From assembly GCA_027593235.1 (NCBI GenBank), contig JAQCIU010000001.1, forward strand, positions 64,001-128,000: 64,000 bases of DNA, read 5' to 3'. Numbering within the stretch: the stretch's first letter is position 1; each line of letters begins with the position of its first letter. The position numbers and the translations under genes were made by a program. Below the pieces are notes generated by a model that saw only the letters and a program-made list of their open reading frames with translations, was not told where the DNA came from and did no database searches. The DNA is from Chloroflexota bacterium (GTDB taxonomy: Bacteria; Chloroflexota; Dehalococcoidia; UBA2979). Below are positions 41,523 to 51,601 of the stretch, piece by piece.

Positions 41523-42179
41523 CTACCTGTAGATGATGCTCCAGAAGTGCTCAGTCGCTCGCTCAGCGAGGAGCATTGCAGGGAAGAGCAGCGCCACGGC
41601 GAGGATCCGTCCCCTCCAGTCACCCGTCAGTAGCAGCACCGATGCCGCTGCGAGAACGACATCGATCACGGCTTGCACCGGATGGAACGGGAAGTCGCTC
41701 GGGAGGTCGATCGTGAGTTCGTTCCAGTACTGACGGAGCGGACCATCAGCGAGGATCGCGCCGGCGACGAGTGAGGCGACGAGCGCAGCCGCCCATCCGC
41801 GTCGCCGATAGCTGAGCGAGACAACTGCTGCTCCGGGCGGCGCCAGCACGAGTGCCACTCCCGTCCAGATGTAGACGAAATGGCCGCCGCCAAAGCCGAG
41901 CACTGCCTCCGAGTAGGTGTAGTACGAGACGACGGTCGCCAGGAAGAAGAGCGCGGCACCGAGGATCGCGGCGGCCGACGAGGAAGCGAAACGACCGATC
42001 AGCAGGCCGACGAAGATCCATGTTCCCGGGTAGGTCCCGAGGTCACTCGCCCATTGCCGTGAGGATTCGTCGGCCGCCTTCGCGCCGAGGCCGCAGGCAA
42101 GCGCGACGACGACGAGAGCGCCGAGCTTCGACACCGTGATCGCGGTGGCGCCCCTTCGCCGGAACAGACGCTCGACCAC
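41523..42179 (-). CDS. Membrane protein (DUF6518-like)
   Basis: About six TMs; W...G..., SYY and W.G motifs. Confidence 0.6.
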   Translation of the reverse strand: MVERLFRRRGATAITVSKLGALVVVALACGLGAKAADESSRQWASDLGTYPGTWIFVGLLIGRFASSSAAAILGAALFFLATVVSYYTYSEAVLGFGGGHFVYIWTGVALVLAPPGAAVVSLSYRRRGWAAALVASLVAGAILADGPLRQYWNELTIDLPSDFPFHPVQAVIDVVLAAASVLLLTGDWRGRILAVALLFPAMLLAERATEHFWSIIYR

Positions 42180-42334
42180 GCGCCCCTCCGCCTCGACGCC
42201 CAGCGAGCTGACCCTGTACGCGCGATGATCTTCTCACCGTGAGCGGCGGCGGTCACGCAAATCAGGACTGGATGAAATCGCCGAGGCAGCGCTCGCCGAA
42301 GCCGGCGTCGCGCTCGGAGAACAGATGTCGCGTT

Positions 42335-42646
42335 CTAAGACGCGGCGCGCACTGCGTCGGCGATCCATTGCCGTTCCGGGAGGCCGCGCAGGCCCTCGGA
42401 AGTGGCGTAGAGGCGGCAGCGCGGCGTGCAGTCGGCGCACTCCGTCCAGCCGGGCTCCACGTCGTGGCCGTTGACGCGGATCGTTGGTGAACCGGGGAAG
42501 ACCGTGGCGATGCCGGTCGCCTCGTCGGGGACCTCGACGCGTTCGATCGCGGCGCTGATGCCGGCATCCGCGAGGACGTCGCGCAGCATCGCCTCCGCCA
42601 GCGCGTGGTTGGGGCAGTCCTCGAACCAGAGCAGTTCAATCTTCAT
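42335..42646 (-). CDS. Thioredoxin-fold DF-family protein (Cys form)
   Basis: LLWFEDCPNH, FPGSPTIRVNGHDV and CRLY...GLP motifs. Confidence 0.8.
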   Translation of the reverse strand: MKIELLWFEDCPNHALAEAMLRDVLADAGISAAIERVEVPDEATGIATVFPGSPTIRVNGHDVEPGWTECADCTPRCRLYATSEGLRGLPERQWIADAVRAAS

Positions 42647-42780
42647 ATGGCAGCTCCCGGTGATCGGATTATCGCGCGCTGTCCGTCGCCCGTTGGATTG
42701 GCGATCACCTCGGGGGCTTGCGCGGGCATGCGAAACTGCCGAGGTGAGACACCGGTGAGGGCGTGGACGGAGCAGCAGCA

Positions 42781-43068
42781 ATGGCAAGAGCGACGATCAA
42801 CGGTCACGTGCTGGCAGAGTCCGACGAGTTCGAGGTGGTTGAGGGGAACGTCTACTTCCCGCCGTCGGCGGTGAAGCAGGAGCTGTTCGCGCCGAACCCC
42901 AGCCACACCATCTGTTCCTGGAAGGGCGAGGCGTCGTACTACGACATCGTCGTGGATGGCGAACTCTTCGAGGGGCGGGCTTGGTTCTACCCGGATCCGA
43001 TGGCGGCCGCGGAGAACATCCGCGATTACGTGGCGTTCTACTCGCCGCCGGTCAGCGTCGAGCGCTAG
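42781..43068 (+). CDS. DUF427 protein
   Basis: VEGNVYFP, CSWKGEASYY and AWFYPDP motifs. Confidence 0.92.
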   Translation: MARATINGHVLAESDEFEVVEGNVYFPPSAVKQELFAPNPSHTICSWKGEASYYDIVVDGELFEGRAWFYPDPMAAAENIRDYVAFYSPPVSVER

Positions 43069-43106
43069 CACCTCGGCGGCAGCGGTCACCCTCGAGGGTG
43101 CCGGCG

Positions 43107-43553
43107 CTACGGAACGATCGTCGAGCAGTTGTTGAAGGTGTCGCCGGCCTGGCCACCGCCGTAGCAACTGTCGGTCTCACCGCCGCCATCGAGCGCGTCA
43201 TCGTCCGCGCCGCCCAGCAGCACGTCGTTGCCGGTGCCCCCGGTGAGATCATCGATACCGCCGCCGCCGACGATGCAGTCGTCGCCACCAGCGCCGTCGA
43301 TCACGTCCGCGCCGGCACTGCCGGTGATCAGGTCGTTCGCGCCGGTCCCGGTGAGCGTTCCGGCGCCGGAGACGAGATTCGTCAGCGCCATCCCGAAGCA
43401 TTCGGGCGGGGCCATGTCCTGCACGGTCACGGCGGTCGCCTGCTCGGCGACGCTGCTGTTTGGGGTGAGGTTCGCGGCCGTGGACGCCTGCGGACCGTTC
43501 TCGATGACGGCGAAGACGACGAGCACGATCACGGTGGCGGCGATCAAGCGCAT
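43107..43553 (-). CDS. Small secreted protein with RTX (hemolysin-type Ca-binding) repeats
   Basis: Signal peptide; GGxGxDxL repeats. Confidence 0.85.
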   Translation of the reverse strand: MRLIAATVIVLVVFAVIENGPQASTAANLTPNSSVAEQATAVTVQDMAPPECFGMALTNLVSGAGTLTGTGANDLITGSAGADVIDGAGGDDCIVGGGGIDDLTGGTGNDVLLGGADDDALDGGGETDSCYGGGQAGDTFNNCSTIVP

Positions 43554-43688
43554 GGCGATCCCTCTGACCGGATCGTCGCCGTCTTCGCGGGTTGTCTGAC
43601 TGAGGGAATCCCCGGCCTCCGGGGGCGGACGGGCGGATCGCTGCTAACGGGAGACGAGCGATAGCAGCCGGGCGGCTATCGTGAATCG

Positions 43689-45224
43689 ATGCTGACGGCG
43701 CTGGTCCACCCGTCCGATCGCATGCGGCTGGCGCTGCTGCTGCTGCTCGCCGGCGCTTCGACGGCGATCTATGCCTCGTTGACCGTGGTGATGTCGCTCC
43801 ACGAGTTCTTCCCGGGGCCGGGCGTGACGCTGGATTTCCAGTTCATGCTGGGCGACGACTGGGTGGCGAACACGTGGCGGCTCTACGGCTCCTTCGTCGC
43901 GCTCTTCGCGCTCTGGGGCGTGGCGCTGGTCCTCGTCGCACCGCTCGCACCATCGAGGTGGGCGGTCGGCGTGATCGCCCTCGGCGGGGTCGCGATGGCG
44001 GCGGCGCTCGTGCCGATGTACCCGCCGTTCGCGGTCGACTTCTTCCACTACCTGGGCGAGGGGCGGTTGCTCTGGGTCGAGGGTGAGAACCCGATGGTCC
44101 GTGGTCCCGGCGAGTTCTTTCCGATCGGGATGAGCTACGGCAACGAGCCGTCGGCGTACGGGCCGCTCTGGTACTGGACGCTCGGTCCGCCGGTACTCGC
44201 CGGCGGCGACGACTTCCCTCGATCTCTGCTGCTGCTGAAGGCGTGGATGGCAGGCTGGGTCGCGCTGTGTGCGTTCCTCGGCGCACTGATCTCGAGGCAG
44301 ATCGGGCAGACCTCGCGCGCGTCACGGGGCGCGGAGGCGACGACGTAGGCGCGCGGTCGCGAGTTGCTGGTGGCGGTGGCGATCGCGTGGAAGCCGTACG
44401 TGCTCTGGCGGGTAGCTGGAAACGGGCACAACGACATCGTGATGATGGCGTTCGCGCTGGTGGCCGTGTGGTTCGCGGTGGGCGGGGCGTGGCGCTGGGT
44501 GCTGCCGGCGCTCGCGGCATCGATCCTCGTGAAGTACGTGTCGCTGCTGCTGGTCCCGGCGTTCGCGATCTTCCTGCTGCGCCGCACCTCCGAGGAGCGG
44601 CGGGCGCTGTTGCCGGATCTGGCCATCGGCGGTGTGGTCGCGTTGGTCCTCGTGGGCGTCGCGTTCGCGCCCATGTGTGACGGGATCGCGACCTTCGACC
44701 AGGTGCGGGCGCAGTCCGACCGGATCATCACGAGCTTCCCCGATCTGATCTCGATCGCGGTGCACGGGTGGTTCGACGTGTCGCCGGAGCGCGCGGACGA
44801 GATCGGGTTACGCGTCGGCGCCGCGTTGTTCGTGGTCGCGGCCGCGCTGTTGCTCTGGCGCCAGCGGCCGGGTCCCGAGGCGCTGATCGCGACTGCGGCC
44901 TCCGTGATCCTGGCGTACACGTTGCTGGGTATTGGCTGGTTTCGGCCCTGGTATTTCCTCTGGGTCGTCACGCTGGCGGCGCTGCTGCCCGGCCGCTGGT
45001 GGCTGGCGCTGGTGGTGGTGACGTCGATCGCCGGGCTCGCGCCGGACGTGGCAGAGAAGTACGCGGTGTTCATCGGCGGGCTGCGCCCGCTGACCGAGCT
45101 GCATCCCTCGTTGCCGGCGATGCTGGCGCAGTTCCTGCCGCCGGCGCTGCTCTGGGCGTTCGCGCTGGGCCGCACCCGCAGCACGCGGCTAGTGTCCGGG
45201 GCCTCGGGAGCGACGGCGGACTAG
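43689..45224 (+). pseudogene. GT-C polyprenol-phosphate-sugar glycosyltransferase (MptA/GT87-like) with internal in-frame TAG at 44346-44348
   Basis: D.F.YL..GR, NP, SAYGPLW, GNGHNDIVM, KY and F.PWY motifs run in one frame across the TAG. Confidence 0.8.
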
Positions 45225-45322
45225 CTCCCAGCGAGGACGAATGTCGCCTCGATGTGCGCGCGTTCGGCGAGTTCCGCGACTAGCGCCTGCACCGCCGCGG
45301 CGTCGGCAACCGCGGCCGCGAT

Positions 45323-46390
45323 CTACGCGGGGATAGCGCCCGGCGTGACGTCACGTTCGAGGAGCGCGGACAGCCGTCGGGTGGTGGCCGCATCGACGCG
45401 CGAGAGCAACGGCTGCACGCCGCGGAGGAATGCGCCACCGCGCGCCAGATCGCGTGCCCGCTGCTCGGGGCTCGCCTGTCCCTGGGCGGCGGCGACGCCC
45501 TCGAGGGCGATGCCCTCCAGCGCGGTACGGAGCAAGGCGACGTGCACGACGTCGTGAGCATCGCGGACGGCCGCGGTGTCGCCGCTGGCGGCGGCGGCGG
45601 AGCCCGCGAGGATGGCGGCGAGCGTCTCTTCGTTGAGGACGCCGTTCAGCGCCGGCGCACCCTGAAGGATCACCCAGACGCGATCCCACTCGTGCGGGGC
45701 GCCAAAGGCGCGATCGAGATCGCCGACGCTGGTCAGCCGTTCGCCGGCCTCGAGGGCGACGAGCGCGCGGACGAGCGGCACCTCGATCGCGAAGAGGTTC
45801 GATAGGACGGCGGCGCGATCGGCGGCGGAGCGGTCGGCGAACTCGCCGCTGCCGCTGATCGCGGCGAGCGCGCGATCGGTCAGCCATGCGGCGGATCCGA
45901 ACTCCTCGATGTAACTGGCGCCGAGGGGCCCGGTCGCGGCGGAGGCCGCGACCGCGGCGAGCGACGGCGGGACGGCGCTGCCGATTGGCGCGGGCGCGGC
46001 CTCGTAGGCCTCGCGCACGGCGTCCCAGTCGACGGTGGCGGGATCGAGGAGCAGGCCGCTGAGCTGCTCGATCGCGGCGTTGGTACGAACCTCGAAGGAC
46101 ACGTCGGAGGCGGGCGTGTAAGGGCCGAGGGGCTGTCCGGCCGCGCCGGGGATGCCCTCGGCGTTGACGATCACTGGCTCGGTGGGTGTGGGTGGCGGAT
46201 CGCCGGGGCGCGGCACTTCGCCGCAGGCGGCGCCGAGGATGGTCGCGACGACGGCTAGGGCGACGAGTGCTCGCAAGCGGCGCAGGCGACGCAGACCGCG
46301 CGAGCAGGGCACCCGGGAGGCGTGAGGTGCGCCGGTTGCGCTGGGCGTGTGGGCATTGACCTGCGTCAACGCGCGCCGTAGCGTTGGCAT
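45323..46390 (-). CDS. Lipoprotein, possibly FEA1-like iron-related; internal TAG, frame continues to 45221
   Basis: Lipobox GAAC; DWDAVREAYE and PHEWDRVW resemble FEA1 motifs; start uncertain. Confidence 0.55.
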   Translation of the reverse strand: MPTLRRALTQVNAHTPSATGAPHASRVPCSRGLRRLRRLRALVALAVVATILGAACGEVPRPGDPPPTPTEPVIVNAEGIPGAAGQPLGPYTPASDVSFEVRTNAAIEQLSGLLLDPATVDWDAVREAYEAAPAPIGSAVPPSLAAVAASAATGPLGASYIEEFGSAAWLTDRALAAISGSGEFADRSAADRAAVLSNLFAIEVPLVRALVALEAGERLTSVGDLDRAFGAPHEWDRVWVILQGAPALNGVLNEETLAAILAGSAAAASGDTAAVRDAHDVVHVALLRTALEGIALEGVAAAQGQASPEQRARDLARGGAFLRGVQPLLSRVDAATTRRLSALLERDVTPGAIPA

Positions 46391-46448
46391 ATCATCACGT
46401 CAGTGGTGATGCAGCGATGCATCGATTGGCTTCCGCCGATCGGTCCTG

Positions 46449-46534
46449 CCGCTGGGGGGGCCGCAAGGCTGAGATTCCGGACACCGGAACCACCCCAGGA
46501 ACCTGATCTCGGTAATCCGAGCGTAGGGAAGCGG
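46449..46534 (+). ncRNA. TPP riboswitch (THI element)
   Basis: GGGG..CC-GCAA-GG-CTGAGA...ACCC...GAACCTGATC..GTAAT..GCGTAGGGA; P1 CCGCT/AGCGG; upstream of thiamine-related genes. Confidence 0.93.
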
Positions 46535-46655
46535 TGTATGTCGAAGATGTGGACCTCCGGGCCCGACCGTTCGCGTACCTCTCGTACTTCTCTTCGTGAT
46601 CGATTCTCTGATCCGTTCCTTCGCGGCGCATCCGTGCAGCCGAAGGAGGAGCGGA

Positions 46656-46961
46656 ATGCTTGCAGAGATCCAGGTACTGCCGAACCCCCCGGGAACGCCC
46701 GAGGACTACTACCGACACGTTGAGGCGGCGATCGCGGTCATCCAGACCTCGGGCATCACCTACGAGGTCGATGCCCTCGGCACGACGCTCGACGGTGACG
46801 CCGACGCCATCTGGGCCACCCTACGCCGTGCGCACGAAGCCGTGCTGGCGGCCGGCGCCGACAGCGTAGTGACGGTGGTGAAACTGGCCCAATCCGGAGC
46901 CACTCGTCCCGACGCCACGATCGAGTCGCTGACCGGAAAGTTCCGCGAGGGCGCCTCGTGA
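46656..46961 (+). CDS. Thiamine-binding protein (DUF77/YkoF-like)
   Basis: EIQVLP...VEAAIAVI..SG..YEV...GTT motif; TPP-regulated context. Confidence 0.85.
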   Translation: MLAEIQVLPNPPGTPEDYYRHVEAAIAVIQTSGITYEVDALGTTLDGDADAIWATLRRAHEAVLAAGADSVVTVVKLAQSGATRPDATIESLTGKFREGAS

Positions 46962-47746
46962 CCGGCGCGCTGCCGCGCGTGCGGCGGCTGGCGTGGGAGC
47001 TGCTCCCGGCCGCGATCTTCCTCGTGCTCGCGATCGCGGGCTGGGAGATCTGGGTCCGCGCGCGTGACGTGCCGAGCTACCTCGTGCCCGCGCCGAGCGA
47101 GCTGTGGCAGGCCTTCCTCGATCAGCGTGGGACGCTGCCGGCGCACACGCGAACGACGCTCAGCGAGGCAATGCTCGGGCTGTTCTTCGCCGCGGTGCTC
47201 GGCGTCGTGCTGGCGGCGCTGATCGCCAGCGTGCCGATCGCGCGCCGGGTGCTGTACCCGCTGCTGGTGCTGAGCCAGAACATCCCGGTGCTGGTGCTCG
47301 CGCCGTTGCTGGCCGTCTGGTTCGGCTTCGGCATGACGCCGAAGGTCGTGATCGTCGTGCTGATCGGCTTCTTCCCGATCGCCGTGAACACCGCCGACGG
47401 CCTGCTCCGCGCCGACCGCGAGATGGTCGACCTGGTGCGGAGCATGGGCGCGAGTCGCTGGCAGGTGCTGCGAACGGTGCTGGTGCCCTCGGCGGTGCCA
47501 TCGTTTTTCGCGGGGCTCCAGATCGGCGCGGCCTACGCCGTGATCGGCGCGGTGATCGCGGAGTGGATGGGCGCCAGCAGCGGTCTGGGCCTGTTCATCA
47601 CCCGCTCGCAGCGAGCGTTCCGTACCGACCAGATCTTCATGGCGGTGGTGCTGATCGCCCTCGTGAGCATCGCGCTCTTCGCGTGCGTGCAGTTGCTCGC
47701 CCGCCTCGTCATGCCCTGGCGCCAGGCAGGCGCTGAGACCAATTGA
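46958..47746 (+). CDS. ABC transporter permease (ThiX-like, NitT/TauT family)
   Basis: VPAPSE, PLLAVWFGFG, MGASRWQV and AVIAEW..GLG motifs. Confidence 0.92.
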   Translation: MTGALPRVRRLAWELLPAAIFLVLAIAGWEIWVRARDVPSYLVPAPSELWQAFLDQRGTLPAHTRTTLSEAMLGLFFAAVLGVVLAALIASVPIARRVLYPLLVLSQNIPVLVLAPLLAVWFGFGMTPKVVIVVLIGFFPIAVNTADGLLRADREMVDLVRSMGASRWQVLRTVLVPSAVPSFFAGLQIGAAYAVIGAVIAEWMGASSGLGLFITRSQRAFRTDQIFMAVVLIALVSIALFACVQLLARLVMPWRQAGAETN

Positions 47747-47838
47747 GGGCGCCGAACGGCGTTGAAACGAACCGAGAACTGAGAACGACCGTGCCGCGAC
47801 GGGGACAAACGCGGCGCGGTCGCCAGAGAGGAACTGAG

Positions 47839-48882
47839 ATGAAACGACTACTGACCGGAGCGTTGCTGCTCCTGAGTGTGTTCGCCTTCGGGGCGTGCTC
47901 CGACGATGGCGACGCCACAGCAACTGCGGGGCCGGCCGACACCGCCACCGTTGGGACGGGCGACGAGCCCGCCGATCCGGTGTCCGTGACCGTCATGCTC
48001 GACTGGACGCCGAACACGAACCACATCGGCGTCTACGCAGCCCTCGGACAGGGCTACTACGCGGAAGCCGGCCTGGACGTGCGGATCATCGAGCCGGCCG
48101 CCGCCGGCGTGGAAGCGGTGGTCGCCGAGGGCCAGGCCGACTTCGGGTTCTCGTACTCGGAGGCGCTGCTGCCGGCACGCCTCGCGGGCGTGGGCATCAC
48201 CTCGATCGCGACGGCGCTGCCGCACAACGAGTCGAGCCTGATGTCGCTCGCCAGCGCCGGCATCGAGCGCCCTCGGGACTTCGAGGGCAAGCGTTACGGC
48301 GGCTTCGGCGGCGTGCTGGAGCAGCGACTAATCGAGACGTTGGTCGCCTGCGACGGCGGCGATCCGTCGAAGGTCGAGTTCGTCGAGGTCGGCAACATCG
48401 ACTACATCCCCGGGATGCAGCAGGACCGCTTCGACTTCGTCTGGGTCTTCGAGGGCTGGGACGTGATCCGTGCGCGCGGCCTCGAGGGCGTCGAGGTGAC
48501 GACGCTGCCGTTCATCGACTACACCGAGTGCATCCCGGACTGGTACACCCCGATCATCGTCACCGACGACGACCTGATCGCGAACAACCCGGAGCTGGTG
48601 CGGGTCTTCCTCGCGGCGACGGCCCGCGGCTACGACTTCGCCGCCAGCAACCCGGACGAGGCCGCGACGGACCTCCTCACCGCGGTGCCGGAACTCGACG
48701 AGCAACTCGTCCGCGACAGCGCCGCCTATCTCGCCAGCCACTTCACGGATGGCGCTGGCTGGGGCCAACAGCAGGATGCGATCTGGGTCGGTTTCGAGGC
48801 GTTCCTGCGCGAGGCGGGGTTGATCGAGGAGCCGGTCGATGTGTCCACGGTCTACACCAACGAGTTCCTACCCGCCTCGTGA
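47839..48882 (+). CDS. ABC substrate-binding lipoprotein, NMT1/THI5 (ThiY-like)
   Basis: Lipobox FGAC; LDWTPNTNH, GYYAEAGLDV and PDWYTP motifs. Confidence 0.92.
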   Translation: MKRLLTGALLLLSVFAFGACSDDGDATATAGPADTATVGTGDEPADPVSVTVMLDWTPNTNHIGVYAALGQGYYAEAGLDVRIIEPAAAGVEAVVAEGQADFGFSYSEALLPARLAGVGITSIATALPHNESSLMSLASAGIERPRDFEGKRYGGFGGVLEQRLIETLVACDGGDPSKVEFVEVGNIDYIPGMQQDRFDFVWVFEGWDVIRARGLEGVEVTTLPFIDYTECIPDWYTPIIVTDDDLIANNPELVRVFLAATARGYDFAASNPDEAATDLLTAVPELDEQLVRDSAAYLASHFTDGAGWGQQQDAIWVGFEAFLREAGLIEEPVDVSTVYTNEFLPAS

Positions 48883-48926
48883 TCGGGCGGGCGCCGAGTG
48901 ACAGGTCGAAGGGCGCGCGGTGAGCA

Positions 48927-49685
48927 ATGACTGAAGCGGCGGTCCAGCTCGAGGGCATTCGTCACGTCTTCGCCGGCGACCCGCCGGTGGAGGCGGTGGC
49001 GGACGTCTCGCTCGAGGTGGATCGTGGTTCCTTCGTCTCGCTGCTCGGCCCCAGCGGCTGCGGCAAGAGCACGTTGCTACGCGTCCTCGCCGGCCTCGTC
49101 GAGCCCACCGAGGGCCGCGCCACCATCGACGGCGAGAGCACCATCGGCGCCCCCGGACTCGCCGCCTTCATGCCGCAGCGCGACCTCTTGCTCCCCTGGC
49201 GCCGCGTCGAGGCGAACGCCGTGCTCGGCGCGGAGATCGCCGGCGTCCCGCCCGAGGAGGCACGCCGCCGCGCGCGCGAACTCTACGAACGCTTCGGCCT
49301 CGAGGGCTTCGAGCGCTCGTGGCCGGGCCAACTCTCCGGCGGCATGCGCCAGCGGCTCGCGCTGCTCCGCACCTTCCTCATGCCGCGTGACACGCTGCTC
49401 CTCGACGAGCCGTTCGGCGCGCTCGACGCCATGACTCGCCGCGAAATGCAGGTCTGGCTCGAAGGCGTGCTGGCACAGGATCCGCGCACAGTGCTGCTGG
49501 TCACGCACGACATCGATGAGGCGCTCTTGCTGTCGGACGTCGTCTACGTCATGTCGCCGCGCCCCGGCCGGATCTCCGCGCGCGTCGAGGTGGATCTGGC
49601 GCGCCCTCGACGGGGAGCCGACACGGCGACGCCGCGCTTCGCCGGGTTGAAGGCGGTGGTGCTGGAGGCGCTGGAGGCGGGGTAG
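48927..49685 (+). CDS. ABC transporter ATPase (ThiZ-like)
   Basis: GPSGCGKST, LSGGMRQR, LLDEPFGALD and VTHD motifs. Confidence 0.95.
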   Translation: MTEAAVQLEGIRHVFAGDPPVEAVADVSLEVDRGSFVSLLGPSGCGKSTLLRVLAGLVEPTEGRATIDGESTIGAPGLAAFMPQRDLLLPWRRVEANAVLGAEIAGVPPEEARRRARELYERFGLEGFERSWPGQLSGGMRQRLALLRTFLMPRDTLLLDEPFGALDAMTRREMQVWLEGVLAQDPRTVLLVTHDIDEALLLSDVVYVMSPRPGRISARVEVDLARPRRGADTATPRFAGLKAVVLEALEAG

Positions 49686-49753
49686 GTCGGTCCGGACAGA
49701 CGTTCCGCCGGCGCACCGCCGTATGCTCGATGCCTGACCGGAGGCGTCTACAG

Positions 49754-51112
49754 ATGGCTCGCTCGCTCCAACTCTGGACCGCACTGCTCACCCTCGCGGT
49801 GCTGACCGCGGCCGCCTGCACCTCGGGAGATGGCGGCACCGCGACGCCCAGCGCGACCGCCAGCGCCGAGCCAACAACGGCGTTTGCCACCGCCTCGCCC
49901 ACTCGAACGCCGACCCCGACGCCTACGGCCACGGGGGAGCCGACACGGGTGCCAGATCCACCACGTACCGTGTGGTTGATCGATGGCGCCACCGGCGAAG
50001 TACTCACACTGCACCAGGACGCCTCATATGCGGACGCCCGCTTCAACGCCGCGGGCACCCGTGTAGAACTGCGAACCGCCGAGGAGTGGCTTGCGTTTGC
50101 CCTCGATGGCTCTCCCGCCCCGGCGCCGGAGCGGCGCGAGTGCCTGCCGGCTGGCGAGGACGCGGTGGTTGGTGGCGTGACCTTCGAAGAAACGCGATGT
50201 GGTTCCGTCTCTCCCGACGGCCGCTGGATGCTGTTCCCGGTTCCGCTCGAAAACACGAATGGCGACTGGGACCAGTGGGTACTCGACCTCGAGACCGGCG
50301 AACGGCGTCTCCTCGAACCGGGACTGCGGAGCTGTGGTGGCTGCGACGGTCGCTTCGGCCCGGGGTACTCGCCGGACGAGGGGCACGTCTACTTCGCGGA
50401 GACGGTCGGAAACGGCCGCACCTTCGTGTCCGACCTTCTGAGCGGCGAGACCGATCTGCTGGGCGACGGCGGCACCGAGATCAATCGGAGACCGCTGTGG
50501 GCTCCGAACGGGGAGCGTCTCCTCTACTCGGACGACGGCGAGCGTCTCCTGATCCGCGATTTCGAGAGCGGCGACACCTCCGAGGTCCAAGCACTCGATT
50601 GGCCCGCGAGCTTCGACGCACTTGGCACCTCCATCTTTTCGTCCCCGTACTCGGCAGCGGATGCCGCGCCGACGACCACCGTCGTGGACGCGACGACATT
50701 CGAGGTCCTGGCCAGCGTCGATGGCGCTGCCGGCGTCAGCGCCTTCTGGTACCCGCGTGTGGTCGTCGCGCGCTCCGGCGACGGTATCGTTGTCGCCGTC
50801 GAACAGGCAGCCAGCTGCGTCGAGGGCATCACCATCTACACGCCCGCGTCGCCGGATGGCGCCTGCTTCGAGTCCGCCGTCGGAGCGACCGTCTCACCCG
50901 ACGGGCGGCTCGTCGCCTTCTCCGTGCAGTCCGGTGACACTGCCTCCCACAGCGCCCCATCCGACTTCCGAGTCGTGCTCGTCGATACCGAGAGCCTGGA
51001 GACGCTCGCGACCATCGAGGGGGCTCAGTCGTATGACGCGCCGCCGGTGCTCAAGTGGAACCCGGGTAGTACACACCTACTGGTGACCTGGCCCCACGCT
51101 CTCGGCTTGTAG
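49754..51112 (+). CDS. Lipoprotein with TolB/WD40-like beta-propeller
   Basis: Lipobox AAAC; TP linker; repeated SPDG/WAPNG blades; CGGCD motif. Confidence 0.78.
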   Translation: MARSLQLWTALLTLAVLTAAACTSGDGGTATPSATASAEPTTAFATASPTRTPTPTPTATGEPTRVPDPPRTVWLIDGATGEVLTLHQDASYADARFNAAGTRVELRTAEEWLAFALDGSPAPAPERRECLPAGEDAVVGGVTFEETRCGSVSPDGRWMLFPVPLENTNGDWDQWVLDLETGERRLLEPGLRSCGGCDGRFGPGYSPDEGHVYFAETVGNGRTFVSDLLSGETDLLGDGGTEINRRPLWAPNGERLLYSDDGERLLIRDFESGDTSEVQALDWPASFDALGTSIFSSPYSAADAAPTTTVVDATTFEVLASVDGAAGVSAFWYPRVVVARSGDGIVVAVEQAASCVEGITIYTPASPDGACFESAVGATVSPDGRLVAFSVQSGDTASHSAPSDFRVVLVDTESLETLATIEGAQSYDAPPVLKWNPGSTHLLVTWPHALGL

Positions 51113-51117
51113 GAGCG

Positions 51118-51570
51118 ACGATCGACCGCGTCGACCCGGCGAGCGACGATGCGCGCTGGTGTGTTGAGCAGTACTTCGCCGAGCTCGCTGACCGTTTCGA
51201 GGCCGGCTTCGACCCCGGCGAGACCGCTCCCGCCGATGCCGCGGAACTCGTTCCGCCGCACGGCGTCTTCCTCGTCGCCCACCTCGATGGTCGTCCCGTC
51301 GCCTGCGGCGCCGTGAAGACCTGGACCGCGGGTGTGGCCGACATCAAGCGGATGTGGGTCGCTCCCGAGGCCCGCGGCAGCGGCCTCGGCCGACGGATGC
51401 TCGTCGCGCTCGAGGGCGAAGCGAGGGCGTTGGGCCTCGGAGCTGCGCGGCTCGAAACGAACGGCGCACTCGACGAGGCGCTGGCGATGTACCGCAGCCA
51501 CGGCTACCGCCCGATCGAGCCCTACAGCGGCGATCCGTACGCCGACTTCGCATTCGAGCGGGAGCTGTAG
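51118..51570 (+). CDS. GNAT acetyltransferase lacking a canonical start (ACG/ATC after AGGAG)
   Basis: Frame reads TIDRVDPASDDARWCVEQYFAEL...CGAVK...IKRMWV..RGSGLG; first GTG is only at 51313. Confidence 0.75.
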   Translation, partial: TIDRVDPASDDARWCVEQYFAELADRFEAGFDPGETAPADAAELVPPHGVFLVAHLDGRPVACGAVKTWTAGVADIKRMWVAPEARGSGLGRRMLVALEGEARALGLGAARLETNGALDEALAMYRSHGYRPIEPYSGDPYADFAFEREL

Positions 51571-51601
51571 CACTTTCTCGAGCGCGAAGGCTGCGTGACG
51601 G

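Noticed and set aside
42335-42646. Possible selenoprotein (DF family)
   Set aside because: The ORF is intact with Cys codons and has no in-frame TGA.
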